Assembly: GCA_903885965.1 (NCBI GenBank)
Contig: CAISKQ010000032.1
Location: forward strand, 1-59,938
Length of the DNA stretch: 59,938 nucleotides
Source of the DNA: an uncultured bacterium
GTDB taxonomy: Bacteria > Patescibacteriota > Minisyncoccia > Moranbacterales > GWC2-37-73
Reading direction: 5' to 3'
Position numbers and translations under genes: made by a program. Each line of letters opens with the position of its first letter. The first letter of the stretch is position 1. The notes below the pieces were generated by a model that saw only the letters and a list, made by a program, of their open reading frames with translations, did not search any database and was not told where the DNA came from. Below are positions 9,277 through 19,683 of the stretch, one piece after another.

Positions 9277-12200
9277 TTATTCAGCACTCCAATCATCGGC
9301 CAGCATTTCGGCCTGCTTCAAAACATTTTCAGTTGCCAATTTTTCCATGTCTGGCGGATAACCAAATTGTCGCAAGGTTCTTTTCACCAAGACGCGAAGC
9401 TTGGCTTGAACACTCTCTTTAATTGTCCAATCAATGGAAGTGTTTGATTTCACTCTTTCCACCAAAACGCGAGCCAATTCTCGAAGTCTGTCATCACCCA
9501 AAACATCTATTGCGCTGTCGTTGTCTGCCAGCGCATCGTAAAAGGCAATCTCGTAGTCACTAAGTCCCGATCCAGTAAATCTGTTGTCTTCTTGATGAAT
9601 TTCTTTGGCAAGTTTAATGAGTTCATCAATAACTTGAGCTGCTGTCAAAATATTGTTCTGATATTTTTTAATCGCTTTTTCTAGCATCTCAGAAAGTTTT
9701 CTGCCTTGAATCAAATTCTTTTTCAATCTCGATTTAATTTCATCATTAAGAATTTTTTTCAAAAGCTCCAATGCAAGATTCTTTCTTTCCATTCCTCGAA
9801 TTTCCTCCAAAAATTCGTCCGAGAGAATTGAGATGTCCGGCTTTTTTATTCCGGCTGCGTCAAAAATATCAATGATGCCATCCGAAACAACTGCACGATC
9901 AACAATCTGTCTGATGGCAGTTTCGATTTCCTCATCTGATTTTCCAACTCCTTGCGGTTCAAATTTAACCAATCGAGCTTTCACTGTCTGGAAAAATCCG
10001 ACCTCATCTTTAATATTCATCGCTTGTAAGCTCGGCACGGACAAAGCAAAAGACTTGGACAGCAAATCAACATTTTGCACAAATCTGTTTTTCCCATTTT
10101 CCAAACTCAAAACATGTTCCTGGGCTTCCAAAATTATCGTCATCTTTTCAGAAACTGAAGCTGAAAAATATTTCTTGTAACCAAAACCATCACCTGCCTC
10201 TCCGGCAGATAAAAACATCTGCTCAACAATTTCATGTTTTTCAATCATTGCGGCAATGGCTTCATTTTGATCAAGAGTCGGCGCACCTTTTCCACCGCTG
10301 GCAGAATAAACAGCCAAAGCTTTTTTCAAATCTTGAGCAATTCCAATATAGTCAACAATCAGTCCGCCTGGCTTGTCTTTGAAAACACGATTAACCCGTG
10401 CAATTGCTTGCATCAAATTATGTCCTTGCATGGATTTATCGATATACATGGTGTGCAAACAAGGCGCATCAAAACCAGTCAGCCACATATCACGCACAAT
10501 CACGAGCTTGAGTTCGCTGCTTGGATCTTTGAATCTGTCAGCAATCTCTCTTCGTTCTTGTTTGGTTGTGCTGTGAATTTGCCAGTTTTCAGCATCAGAG
10601 GAACTTGAAGTCATGATGACTTTCAAAGTTCCTTTATTTTTTTCTTCGCTGTGCCACTCTGGTCTCAGTTTCACAATCTCTTCATAAAGTTCAACTGCAA
10701 TTCGGCGACTCATGGCCACAATCATACCTTTCCCTTCAATCACTTCTTGCCTTTTTTCAAAATGCTCAACAATATCTTTGGCCACAGTTGCAATCCTGTC
10801 GCGATGTCCGACAATTGCTTCAAGTTGTGTCCATTTTGCCTTGGCTTTTTCAGCTGCGGTTGATTCTTCATTTTCCGTGATAGCTTCAACCTCACTGTCG
10901 AGTTGCGCTTTTTCTTCTTCTTTCAAGTGAATTTTTGCCAGACGTGATTCATAAAAGATTCTCACGGTCGCCCCATCTTCCACCGCTTGAGAAATGTCAT
11001 ACACATCAACATATTCTCCAAACACAGCCGGAGTTGAAGCGTCTTCTTTTTCAATCGGCGTTCCTGTGAAACCAATAAAAGAAGCGTGCGGAAGAGCATC
11101 GCGCAAATATTTCGCAAAACCATATTTTGTGTGGGTGCCAATTTCATTTCCAGCTTCATCTTTTTCATAAACAGTCTTGGCTGCAAAACCATATTGACTG
11201 CGATGTGCCTCATCGGCTATCACAATGATATTTTTTCGATCAGAAAGCAAGTCAAAAGTTTCATTGCCATCTTCTGGGAAAAATTTTTGAATGGTTGTAA
11301 AGATTATTCCTCCTCCGGCAGTTTTCAATTTGCTTTTCAAATCTTCCCTGTTGGAAACTTGAACCGGCTCTTGTCTCAAAAGTTGTTTGCTTGAAGCGAA
11401 GGTGTCAAAAAGTTGATCATCCAAATCATTGCGGTCAGTGATGACAACAATCGTCGGATTATCAAGATCCAAAACAATTTTTCCAGCATAAAAAACCATT
11501 GAAAGAGATTTCCCTGATCCTTGCGTGTGCCAAACCACACCAGCTTTTCGATTTCCATTTTCCAAAGTTGCCTTTCTGGTTGAAATCAAAGCTTTCCTCA
11601 CTGCCCAATATTGATGATAAGCTGCCAGAATTTTGATAGTCTCAATAAAGGTTTGTTTCGTTTGGGCATCTTCATGTTTGGTTTTTTGAAAAACCACAAA
11701 ATTCCTGATCAAATCAAGCACAACTTCTTTGGCAAGCATGCCATTGATCAAAGTTTCGAGTTGAGGTGTGGTGGTTTTTCCTTCTTTTTCTCCATCAACA
11801 GTTTTCCAAGCAGCAAAACGTGACCAATCCGCAGTGAGTGACCCTGCCTTAGCATCCAAGCCATCGGAGGCAACCAAGATTCCGTTATATGCAAACAAAG
11901 ACGGAATGGCATTTTTGTAATTCTGAAGTTGCGTGAAAGCTTTTTTGGTTGTGGCATTTTCATCAGCAGGATTTTTGAGTTCCAAGACAACCAAAGGAAG
12001 ACCGTTCACGAACAAAACCACATCAGGTCTTTTGGTTTTTTCTTTTTCAACAACTGTGAATTGATTGCAAACCAAAAATTCATTGTTCTCCAAATTTTCA
12101 AAATCAATAAGCTGAATTTTGTTTCCTCGCACTCCATCAGCCGCCAAAAATTCCGCATCGATTCCATCGGTGAGCATTTGATGAAAAGCCTCATTGCTTT

Positions 12201-12450
12201 CAATCAAATTTTGATTGGCAACGCTTAAAACTGCCTTGAAAGCTTGCTCTCGCACAACTTCGAGCTTGTAGGGGTTGATGCGATTGATGGCATCTTTCAA
12301 ACGTTTTTTCAAAACAACCTCACTCAAACTTTCTCTTTCGTTTTCCTGATCCTCAGGAGAAAGATAAGCATAGCCCTGCTTTTCCAAGAGTTCAATTGCA
12401 AATTCTTCAATGTGAGATTCGGTGATTTTTGTCATATTATTATAATTCAA
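9277..12450 (-). CDS. hsdR: Type I restriction enzyme, R subunit
   Basis: 1057 aa with HTQGSGKS Walker A, DEAHRSQ, and a typical HsdR N-terminal nuclease and C-terminal helical region. Confidence 0.95.
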   Translation of the reverse strand: MNYNNMTKITESHIEEFAIELLEKQGYAYLSPEDQENERESLSEVVLKKRLKDAINRINPYKLEVVREQAFKAVLSVANQNLIESNEAFHQMLTDGIDAEFLAADGVRGNKIQLIDFENLENNEFLVCNQFTVVEKEKTKRPDVVLFVNGLPLVVLELKNPADENATTKKAFTQLQNYKNAIPSLFAYNGILVASDGLDAKAGSLTADWSRFAAWKTVDGEKEGKTTTPQLETLINGMLAKEVVLDLIRNFVVFQKTKHEDAQTKQTFIETIKILAAYHQYWAVRKALISTRKATLENGNRKAGVVWHTQGSGKSLSMVFYAGKIVLDLDNPTIVVITDRNDLDDQLFDTFASSKQLLRQEPVQVSNREDLKSKLKTAGGGIIFTTIQKFFPEDGNETFDLLSDRKNIIVIADEAHRSQYGFAAKTVYEKDEAGNEIGTHTKYGFAKYLRDALPHASFIGFTGTPIEKEDASTPAVFGEYVDVYDISQAVEDGATVRIFYESRLAKIHLKEEEKAQLDSEVEAITENEESTAAEKAKAKWTQLEAIVGHRDRIATVAKDIVEHFEKRQEVIEGKGMIVAMSRRIAVELYEEIVKLRPEWHSEEKNKGTLKVIMTSSSSDAENWQIHSTTKQERREIADRFKDPSSELKLVIVRDMWLTGFDAPCLHTMYIDKSMQGHNLMQAIARVNRVFKDKPGGLIVDYIGIAQDLKKALAVYSASGGKGAPTLDQNEAIAAMIEKHEIVEQMFLSAGEAGDGFGYKKYFSASVSEKMTIILEAQEHVLSLENGKNRFVQNVDLLSKSFALSVPSLQAMNIKDEVGFFQTVKARLVKFEPQGVGKSDEEIETAIRQIVDRAVVSDGIIDIFDAAGIKKPDISILSDEFLEEIRGMERKNLALELLKKILNDEIKSRLKKNLIQGRKLSEMLEKAIKKYQNNILTAAQVIDELIKLAKEIHQEDNRFTGSGLSDYEIAFYDALADNDSAIDVLGDDRLRELARVLVERVKSNTSIDWTIKESVQAKLRVLVKRTLRQFGYPPDMEKLATENVLKQAEMLADDWSAE

Positions 12451-12723
12451 ATTTTATTATCCCTCTGCAAAGGGTTACAAAATGTCAATACTACACCTTT
12501 TCAAAGGGTTAGTAATTATTTTTAGATGTTCAATATGAGATTTGACGATTTTTCATTTTTTAGTATGGATTTTCCAAAATTTGATATTTTTTGTATGAAA
12601 ACTGCAAAAAATATCAAATTTTGGAAAACAACTCCTAATTTGGTGTATTGAATTTTCAGCATAAGGGCATTTTTCATCATTTTTTGCCCTCATTCCTGCA
12701 ATAGGGGCATTGCGCACCCGTGT

Positions 12724-13146
12724 TTAACTTTGATTAAACTGATTAAATGATTGACTGTGATTATTTTTTGGTTTCATCACTCGTTTGAATTGCAAGCTGG
12801 TGTTGCCAAAATTTATAAGTAGTCCAATTTCCAAGCCATAGGCTTCAAGATAATTAATGGCTTGCGCGAGATGAACATCTTCCAATTTAACAACAGCTTT
12901 TAATTCGACCATTATTTTTTCTTCCACAAAAAAATCAACTCGCCTGTTGCCTATCTTATGCTCTTTGTAGAAAATATTCATTTCATGCTCACGACTGAAA
13001 TTCAGCCCCCGCATTTCCATTTCAATCGCCAAAGCTCTTTGATAAATCACTTCTTGAAATCCATTGCCCAAAGCCCTATGCACTTCCATCGCGCATCCGA
13101 TTATTTTTTCTGTGATATCACTGTATTTATATTCACTATTGATCAT
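12724..13146 (-). CDS. GxxExxY-family protein (PD-(D/E)xK-like), a common passenger in type I R-M loci
   Basis: 140 aa. GNGFQEVIYQRAL matches the family signature. Confidence 0.8.
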   Translation of the reverse strand: MINSEYKYSDITEKIIGCAMEVHRALGNGFQEVIYQRALAIEMEMRGLNFSREHEMNIFYKEHKIGNRRVDFFVEEKIMVELKAVVKLEDVHLAQAINYLEAYGLEIGLLINFGNTSLQFKRVMKPKNNHSQSFNQFNQS

Positions 13147-13218
13147 AGAAATTTAAAAATTATAGTTCGTCATTTAATCACGCAAAATCCTATTCAGCAA
13201 TCATAGTTCATCATTTAA

Positions 13219-13686
13219 TCATTCAAATCCCAGTTTAGACATTTTGATTTCCATTCTCTCCACTCCATATTCATCAACTTCTTCCCAATATTTCTCTTCG
13301 ATTTCACCTTCCTTGTGAATCCTATCATGGTCGCTCATTTTCCTGATTGCTTCAATTCCATATTTTCTGACAAAATCTCGCCGAGCGAGCATTTCAACGA
13401 TTTTTTCCCAAGCGATATGCTCGTCATATTTGAAAACCAAATCCAAGTTTTTCTCAGACTTTTTTTCTTCCACAAATTTTCTGCCTTCAAATTCATCCAC
13501 CAAATCCTCCGATTCAAAATCTTTGGCTCTCTCCAAAAGATGCGAAATCACCTTATCCAAATCATCCGATTTTTTCTTGTATTTTTTGTTGTCCAGCATA
13601 TCGCCAGCATAACCATAAATATAATTGGCAGTGTCAAGAAATTCGATCAAATCCCGATATTGTTTCTTGCTCAGTTCGATTTTCAT
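13219..13686 (-). CDS. Hypothetical helical, acidic protein
   Basis: 155-aa ORF, co-directional and tightly packed in the R-M island. I recognise no motif. Confidence 0.5.
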   Translation of the reverse strand: MKIELSKKQYRDLIEFLDTANYIYGYAGDMLDNKKYKKKSDDLDKVISHLLERAKDFESEDLVDEFEGRKFVEEKKSEKNLDLVFKYDEHIAWEKIVEMLARRDFVRKYGIEAIRKMSDHDRIHKEGEIEEKYWEEVDEYGVERMEIKMSKLGFE

Positions 13687-13702
13687 AGATTTTTTGATTA
13701 AA

Positions 13703-14862
13703 TTAAAATTCTCTTAATAATTCTTCATCTGTCTTACACCTTTTGACTAATGGTTTTTCGTTGTCAAAATCGATGACAATATGCCCAAGTGAAGTTATGA
13801 TCCCATATTGAATTCCTTCTTTTCCATTTAAAACATCAACTCCTTCTGAATAATCTGGAGAATAATACCGTCTATCAACACTGTGTCTATTATCCGATTC
13901 CTCTTTTTGCACACTTTTTTCTGAGATGATGTTTAGTTTTACTTTTTGATTCTTAATTGTTTTAAAAAATAAATCAGAAAATGAAGTATCCAGACCATGA
14001 TGAGGAGTGATCAAAAAATCAACCCCTATTTCTTGAATAACGCTTTTAAAAATATCGCTATTATTAATTAAATACTCCATTCCATTTTTCATAATGTCTC
14101 CAGTGAAAAGAACAGAACTACTCCCTATTTTTACAAACAAAGTTAAACTTATATTATTAGCATACAATAAATATTCATCTTCACTATTTTCATCTAGTTG
14201 CTCACATTCTTTTGGAGGAATATAGCTAAGCAGCATATTGTTTGTATCGCATACCGCTAATGGGTTTTCATAATCAGGGTTATTTGCGTCTCTCCCAGGA
14301 ATTCTAAGTTTCATATCGTTAAGAATTTTATTTGCTGTTTCACTTTGAGGAATTTTATCTCTAGAAACTTTTAATTTTTCAGAAATATCACTATGATCAT
14401 TTGGCACAGTAAGCCATACTGGTTTAAAATACTCAGTAAAATTTTGATAATCAGAAATATGGTCATTATCTAGATGACTTAAAAATAGTTGATCGACTTG
14501 ATATTTTCCATCTATAACTTGAGATGATCTCTTCTTTGCGAGAGGTAAGAGAAAATCTTTAACTGGTGAAAAGCCATTACCAGCTCCAATATCAAATAAA
14601 AATCTAATTTACAAGCTTCCATATAATCATGATAATCGGAAAAATTTAAAAAATTTATCCACTTTAAAAATGGACCCACAACGAGAGAGCCTACTCTGCT
14701 TATAACTAATCCCACAAAGTAATACAGGAATAAGCCAAGGATAATATCTTTTTGAATAATTTTATATCCTATAAAATTTTGAATGAGCAGAGCAAAAATT
14801 ATACCCGGCAAAAGATAGTTAAAAAGATTATATGAAGATATTTTCTTAAAAATTTCATCCAT
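13703..14862 (-). pseudogene. Membrane-anchored MBL-fold hydrolase split by a 1-nt frameshift in an A5/T5 run (14598-14602)
   Basis: The frame of the 234-aa ORF stays open upstream to 14608 without a start codon. It encodes FLFDIGAGNG...VDQLFLSHLDNDHISD (HxHxDH-type motif), then later ITPHHG. The 116-aa ORF (2 TM helices, then MEACKLD) joins that frame if the T5 run were T6. Confidence 0.6.
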
Positions 14863-14873
14863 GCTTCAATAGT

Positions 14874-16052
14874 CTATTTTAATTCTCCACTCATCAACTT
14901 CGGCAACAATGTGTCGCGAAAGCGAGAGATAGTTTGAATTTCAGAATTATTTAAAATTGTTTTTTCAAAAATCGGTAAAATCAGATTATCTGCCATCCGC
15001 AAATGAGCCTCCCTCGGAATAATAACTTTTGCATCATCTAAATGATGTCTCTGAATATGACCCATTGTTACTGCCTTTGCAGTTGCGATTTGCCTAAAAC
15101 CTTGTAAGTGAAATTTTATCCAATAAAAATACAACCATTTAGGATATTTTTCTGATGTAACTTTAAACAAATGCTGGTTCAGTGCTCCTTTTCCATGTTT
15201 CCAAATATCAATATCTAAACTACCAGACCAAGAGAATAAAATGTCACCATTATTCACAACGTATTTTTCTGGAATATCTTTACTTGCCCGATCAGTTTGA
15301 TTTGTTATTCCAGAATTCATTTCTTTAATTTTAATAACAGGCAAAAAATCTACACCATCTTCTGCTGGAAATTTTTGCATTGCGTATCCGTTAAGAAAAT
15401 CTGCTATTTCAGTTAATTTCCCAACTCTCCACCATTCCGGAATTCCATTTTTCAATTTCAACTTTTCACCATTAATGGTGAAATCCACAAACCACTCCTT
15501 GAAAATAGTCTGAGCGATTTTTTCCAGCGTTTCATTTTCCTTCCGCAAAAGTTCAATCTTATCATCCAAACTCGACAACACCCCCGCAATTTCCTTTTGC
15601 TCTGGAAGTGATGGCAACAAAATATCAATTTTTTCAAAAGTATTTTTTGTTATTGTGTCAAAAACAGCCCCGTGAACATTCTTTTTAATATTCTTAATTT
15701 TCCACTTTATCAAATAATATAAAAAGTTTATATCCGAATTTTCTTTTGCCTTTATTCCATAGCAGGACTGATTAAACGCCATTGACTTTTTCAGCTGTGC
15801 CAATTCGCCAACCGTTCCCCTTGCAGAAATTATCAAATCACCTGCGTCCAAGAGTTTGGTTGGGCTATTTTTTAAGCCAATTTCGGTTATAGTTTTTTCA
15901 GTTTTTTTAACCCATCTTCTATCATTATTAAAATCAACAACAGAAAGCCATGAAATGTCACCATTCCAATATTCATCAACTGAGGTTTTTGGAGTTCCAC
16001 CTCCGACAATTTCAATCGCCACATCTAAAGTTGTTTCTTTCCAATTGTTCAT
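14874..16052 (-). CDS. hsdS: Type I restriction enzyme, specificity subunit
   Basis: 392 aa with two target-recognition halves separated by the conserved LPSLPEQKEIAGVLSSLDDKIELL helix and a C-terminal LLPKLMSGEL. Confidence 0.9.
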   Translation of the reverse strand: MNNWKETTLDVAIEIVGGGTPKTSVDEYWNGDISWLSVVDFNNDRRWVKKTEKTITEIGLKNSPTKLLDAGDLIISARGTVGELAQLKKSMAFNQSCYGIKAKENSDINFLYYLIKWKIKNIKKNVHGAVFDTITKNTFEKIDILLPSLPEQKEIAGVLSSLDDKIELLRKENETLEKIAQTIFKEWFVDFTINGEKLKLKNGIPEWWRVGKLTEIADFLNGYAMQKFPAEDGVDFLPVIKIKEMNSGITNQTDRASKDIPEKYVVNNGDILFSWSGSLDIDIWKHGKGALNQHLFKVTSEKYPKWLYFYWIKFHLQGFRQIATAKAVTMGHIQRHHLDDAKVIIPREAHLRMADNLILPIFEKTILNNSEIQTISRFRDTLLPKLMSGELK

Positions 16053-16053
16053 A

Positions 16054-16848
16054 TTAAAAAATATTTTTCATTATTTTTTTCACACCCATAATCAGATCCT
16101 CAATCTCCTCTTTTTTAGGATCATTTTTTTTCTTATGATCGCAGAGGTTCCTAATATCCGCCAAAAACTGAATTTTTCTCCAATCAGTTATTTCTATTAC
16201 ATTTGTATTTTTCAATGCCTCATTAAAATCATTTATCATTGGCTTTGTTTTTGAAATCTTAATGCCATGATTATCACAAACTGTTTTCAAATGACCTTCA
16301 AGAACGACTCCCGCAACTGCCCCAGCAGCTCTGGCAAATCCTTTTTTTAACAATTCCTCTGCAACATCCAATTCATTATCAAAAATATCAGCTTGAACTA
16401 GCTGGCGAATATCGAATAAGCTACTCTCAAATCTCTGTTTCAAAGATTTAAGAATGTTTAATTGCTGCTCAAATTTAGGCAGCGCTGCTTTAGGTCCAGC
16501 TATCTCTCTTGATCCCAAAGTAACATTTAACCCTTGCAAATAATCCCATATATTATAATTTGCATTTGTAATTTCTTTTCTTTTTGAATTTTCTTTGTAA
16601 AAAGAAATAAAATCCTCATGCCTAGATGGCAGTATTTGTCGGACACACTCCAAAGCCTCGGAATACCAAATTTGATATTCTTTCCTAAAATTAAGCATTC
16701 TCTGAACCTTTATCCATTCCTTTTCTGTGTATCGCTTCTTTATTATTTCTTTTTCACTCGGATTTATTTCAATAATCATTCCATAGTGAAGTAGTTCGCC
16801 ACGCTCAATCAGATCATCTATATCTTTTTTGTATTTATTTATATTCAT
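16054..16848 (-). CDS. HEPN-domain protein (DUF4145/Abi-like)
   Basis: 264 aa. The C-terminal helical domain carries an Rx4H motif (IRNLCDH). Its stop is 1 nt from the hsdS start. Confidence 0.5.
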   Translation of the reverse strand: MNINKYKKDIDDLIERGELLHYGMIIEINPSEKEIIKKRYTEKEWIKVQRMLNFRKEYQIWYSEALECVRQILPSRHEDFISFYKENSKRKEITNANYNIWDYLQGLNVTLGSREIAGPKAALPKFEQQLNILKSLKQRFESSLFDIRQLVQADIFDNELDVAEELLKKGFARAAGAVAGVVLEGHLKTVCDNHGIKISKTKPMINDFNEALKNTNVIEITDWRKIQFLADIRNLCDHKKKNDPKKEEIEDLIMGVKKIMKNIF

Positions 16849-16860
16849 AAAATTTATAAT

Positions 16861-17994
16861 TTAGACATTCGTTTCACTAACCCTCTCTTTCAAAAACTGG
16901 CTCATTGCAATATAAATTTTTTTATTATCCTTAAGCTCGTGCGTGATTCTACCAGCCAAAATTGCAGGAGAAATTTTATTTTCTTTTGCAATTCTAACAA
17001 TGCTTTCACCAATACTACCACCTTTTTCAAACAATTCTTTAATTGTAAAATTTGGCAACAGCATCTTTTGCGCAAAGTCATCAGCTTCTTTTTCTGTTTC
17101 CAGTGAAGCATTATATCCGTCCAAATCGATGTGAAATTCCTTCTTGCTATGCAAAAGCAAATGACCAAGCTCATGAAAAAGATTAAACCAAAATTTACCC
17201 TCATCTTTTCCATTAGATGTTGAAATCATAATCAAGGCTTTTTCTGGATTAATCCATTTTGTTGCAGCCTGAATATGTGTATTTTCAAAATATGGCGCAA
17301 AAACCAAAACGATTCCACAATCTGCAAAAGTGCTCTCAAGCAATGAAAGATATTCGCTTTTCTTCAACATTGAAAGTTTTTTGATTTCTTCTAATTTCTC
17401 AATTAATTTTTGCCTATCAAAAGATTCAACTTTCTTTGTTTGTGCTTTGATTTCTCCCAAACGAAGCCACGCTGCTAGCGTGTAGTGGTCGAGATTATTT
17501 CTATCATATTTTCTAAATGCAAAATCCATAGCACTGTTAACAAAACCAAGTGAAGAGATTCCAAAAAACTTCTGCAATTCAAATATTATTGCTGTGAAAT
17601 TTTTTTCTACCCAACGCTTGTTAGCCAATTTATTTATTTTAGAAAGTTCTTTATATGTATGTTTAAAATTCTCAAGATGCTCTAGATCATTTCTCAAATC
17701 ACAATCTTGATTTAGACGAGCAAAATCAGCCTCATATCCAGCCTGAAGATTGAGCCAATATTCCACAGACAGTGGAAAAACTTTGCTCAGCTTAACGGCC
17801 ATAGCTTCAGTGATTGGATTTTTGCCATTAATAATCTCATTGATTATTTTTTTTGACACCCCCGTTCTGATTGCCAGCTCAACCTGCGTGATGTTATATT
17901 CTTCAAGATAATCCAGGAGGAATTCCCCAGGATGAATCGCAATTGGCGATTCCCATCCGCTAATGATTTCTGAATTTATTTCTTTGTTACTCAT
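16861..17994 (-). CDS. XRE/HigA-type HTH fused to an ImmA/IrrE-family zinc metallopeptidase
   Basis: 377 aa. The N-terminal HTH is ITQVELAIRTGVSKKIINEIINGK. The HEXXH motif is FHELGHLLLH. Confidence 0.8.
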   Translation of the reverse strand: MSNKEINSEIISGWESPIAIHPGEFLLDYLEEYNITQVELAIRTGVSKKIINEIINGKNPITEAMAVKLSKVFPLSVEYWLNLQAGYEADFARLNQDCDLRNDLEHLENFKHTYKELSKINKLANKRWVEKNFTAIIFELQKFFGISSLGFVNSAMDFAFRKYDRNNLDHYTLAAWLRLGEIKAQTKKVESFDRQKLIEKLEEIKKLSMLKKSEYLSLLESTFADCGIVLVFAPYFENTHIQAATKWINPEKALIMISTSNGKDEGKFWFNLFHELGHLLLHSKKEFHIDLDGYNASLETEKEADDFAQKMLLPNFTIKELFEKGGSIGESIVRIAKENKISPAILAGRITHELKDNKKIYIAMSQFLKERVSETNV

Positions 17995-18024
17995 ATATTT
18001 TTTGAATTATTATAATTTAGGTGA

Positions 18025-18351
18025 TTATTTTTTGTAATGATCACTAATTTCTAATATTTTCAATGCCGTTATAGTTTCTTTTATATACATTCCATTTTCC
18101 ATTTTTTGAAGTTCACTTCCAAGAGGCTGACATATCAATCTTTTGCCATTACCTGTTTTTTCCAAATCTATCGCAAAGCAACCAGCATATTTTCCCTCCA
18201 AAAAGTGAGCGCGACCGTTGCTCGCAAGTTCCAGATCGCAAAAATTTTTTGCAGCCTTGATACTTAATATTCTTTTTGCAGTGATTTTGTTACTTTGTGC
18301 ATATTTCAATAGATCTTTTTTTATTTTTTCTTTCAGCCATTCAATTTCCAT
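18025..18351 (-). CDS. HigB/RelE-like toxin candidate
   Basis: 108 aa, immediately upstream of the HigA-like gene. RAHFLEGKYAGCFAIDL....RLICQP resembles the killer-protein pattern. Confidence 0.45.
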   Translation of the reverse strand: MEIEWLKEKIKKDLLKYAQSNKITAKRILSIKAAKNFCDLELASNGRAHFLEGKYAGCFAIDLEKTGNGKRLICQPLGSELQKMENGMYIKETITALKILEISDHYKK

Positions 18352-18463
18352 AATGAGAAGTTAAATATCATGTTGTTTTTGTTAACGTTTTATGTTAACT
18401 AAAATATATCACACATCTTAAAATAATGCAAGCGAAATGTTATTTAAAATAATAAACACTGAC

Positions 18464-18760
18464 TTACAGTTTAATTCCGATTTTTACCAATTGCTTTTTT
18501 ATTTCCTCAATCTTCTCTTCATATTCCCCATTCTCCCCAATTTCCAAATAACGATTCGCGCTCCCACCACACTTGGCACATTTGCCACGCACCACAGCAT
18601 CATTCAAATCATTCAGCTCAGCCTCCCAATCGATAATTGCCACTCCACCACCACATTTACCACAAAAACAATTAGTCAAAATCCTTTCTTCAACATTTTT
18701 CCAATTATCACCATAGACGTATTTCAATTGTCCTTTGGTAATTTTCTTTACTGCTTTCAT
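18464..18760 (-). CDS. Small double CxxC zinc-ribbon protein whose C-terminal 14 aa mimic the HsdM tail
   Basis: 98 aa with CFCGKCGG and CAKCGG. The tail EEIKKQLVKIGIKL compares with the HsdM tail [14 protein letters not shown]. Confidence 0.5.
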   Translation of the reverse strand: MKAVKKITKGQLKYVYGDNWKNVEERILTNCFCGKCGGGVAIIDWEAELNDLNDAVVRGKCAKCGGSANRYLEIGENGEYEEKIEEIKKQLVKIGIKL

Positions 18761-18823
18761 ATTTTTATCAATTTGCTCATATTATCAGCATAATCAAGAT
18801 TAGTATAAATCAAATTATACTAA

Positions 18824-19666
18824 TTACTTCAATTTCTTCACCGCTTTTGGCAATTTTTTGTCTTCTGATTTCAATCTTCTTTCAAGCTTCTTGAGATCCT
18901 CTTCAGCTGGCAAATTTTCAGGATAAATTCCACTTTTGCCAAGCATCTCTCGCATATTTTTGTTATTTTTGACATGCTCATTCGTGATCAAATTTTCGCC
19001 TCTGAGAGCTTGGTCTTTTTTGAGATTATGATTGGTGATTTCACTGGCAAGATCTTTGGCCTTGATAGTCACAATTGGCAAAAAATCTGCCAAAGGTCTT
19101 TTCTCTGGAACGCCCATTTTATTTTTCATATCTTGAGTTGTATATCCGCCAAAAAGAGCTTTATCGCCTTGACTGCGAACTCGGGCAAAACCTTGATTGT
19201 CAACGCCCCGTTCAAAAATAACACCAGAAAGTTCTTTCTCTGAAAGAGTCAATTTTTCTCTGACATGTAAGCGTTCCCACTCCTCAAGTCTTTGCTGAAC
19301 AATTTCTTGTTTGCGTGTTTGGATCGCAAAATAGGTCATCGCAAAAGCAATTTCATCTTTCCGTGGATCGCCATTTTGAGCAATCAAATAACAGGCATAA
19401 CGAGTAAGCATAATATCAAGAATCTCTTTTTTGGCTCCCTTGGGCATCATTATCGTTTTCGTGACGTCACGAAAATGATCCAAAACACTCTGCTTTGCTA
19501 CCATGCAAGCAGTTTTTGCTTTATTTAATGGATTTTCAAAATTTTCCCAACGACCATAACCAAGCAATCCCTGCAACTCTCGAGCATACCAAAATTCAAC
19601 CCCATCTTTCTGATGAGCATATTGTTCAAAATTTGTATGCAGTTTTGAAATAATTTCTTTTTCCAT
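18824..19666 (-). CDS. dinD: DNA damage-inducible protein D homolog
   Basis: 280 aa. LTRYACYLIAQNGDPRK and YFAIQTRKQE match E. coli DinD as I recall it. Confidence 0.8.
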   Translation of the reverse strand: MEKEIISKLHTNFEQYAHQKDGVEFWYARELQGLLGYGRWENFENPLNKAKTACMVAKQSVLDHFRDVTKTIMMPKGAKKEILDIMLTRYACYLIAQNGDPRKDEIAFAMTYFAIQTRKQEIVQQRLEEWERLHVREKLTLSEKELSGVIFERGVDNQGFARVRSQGDKALFGGYTTQDMKNKMGVPEKRPLADFLPIVTIKAKDLASEITNHNLKKDQALRGENLITNEHVKNNKNMREMLGKSGIYPENLPAEEDLKKLERRLKSEDKKLPKAVKKLK

Positions 19667-19683
19667 AATTTTATAAGCTATAT

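Noticed and set aside
14598-14602. Programmed -1 ribosomal frameshifting as the explanation for the split MBL gene.
   Set aside because: I do not adopt it as the primary call. The site is a simple T5 run without a canonical X-XXY-YYZ heptamer or an obvious downstream structure. A homopolymer indel, whether a mutation or a sequencing error, is the simpler explanation, so I keep frameshifting only as an alternative in the finding.
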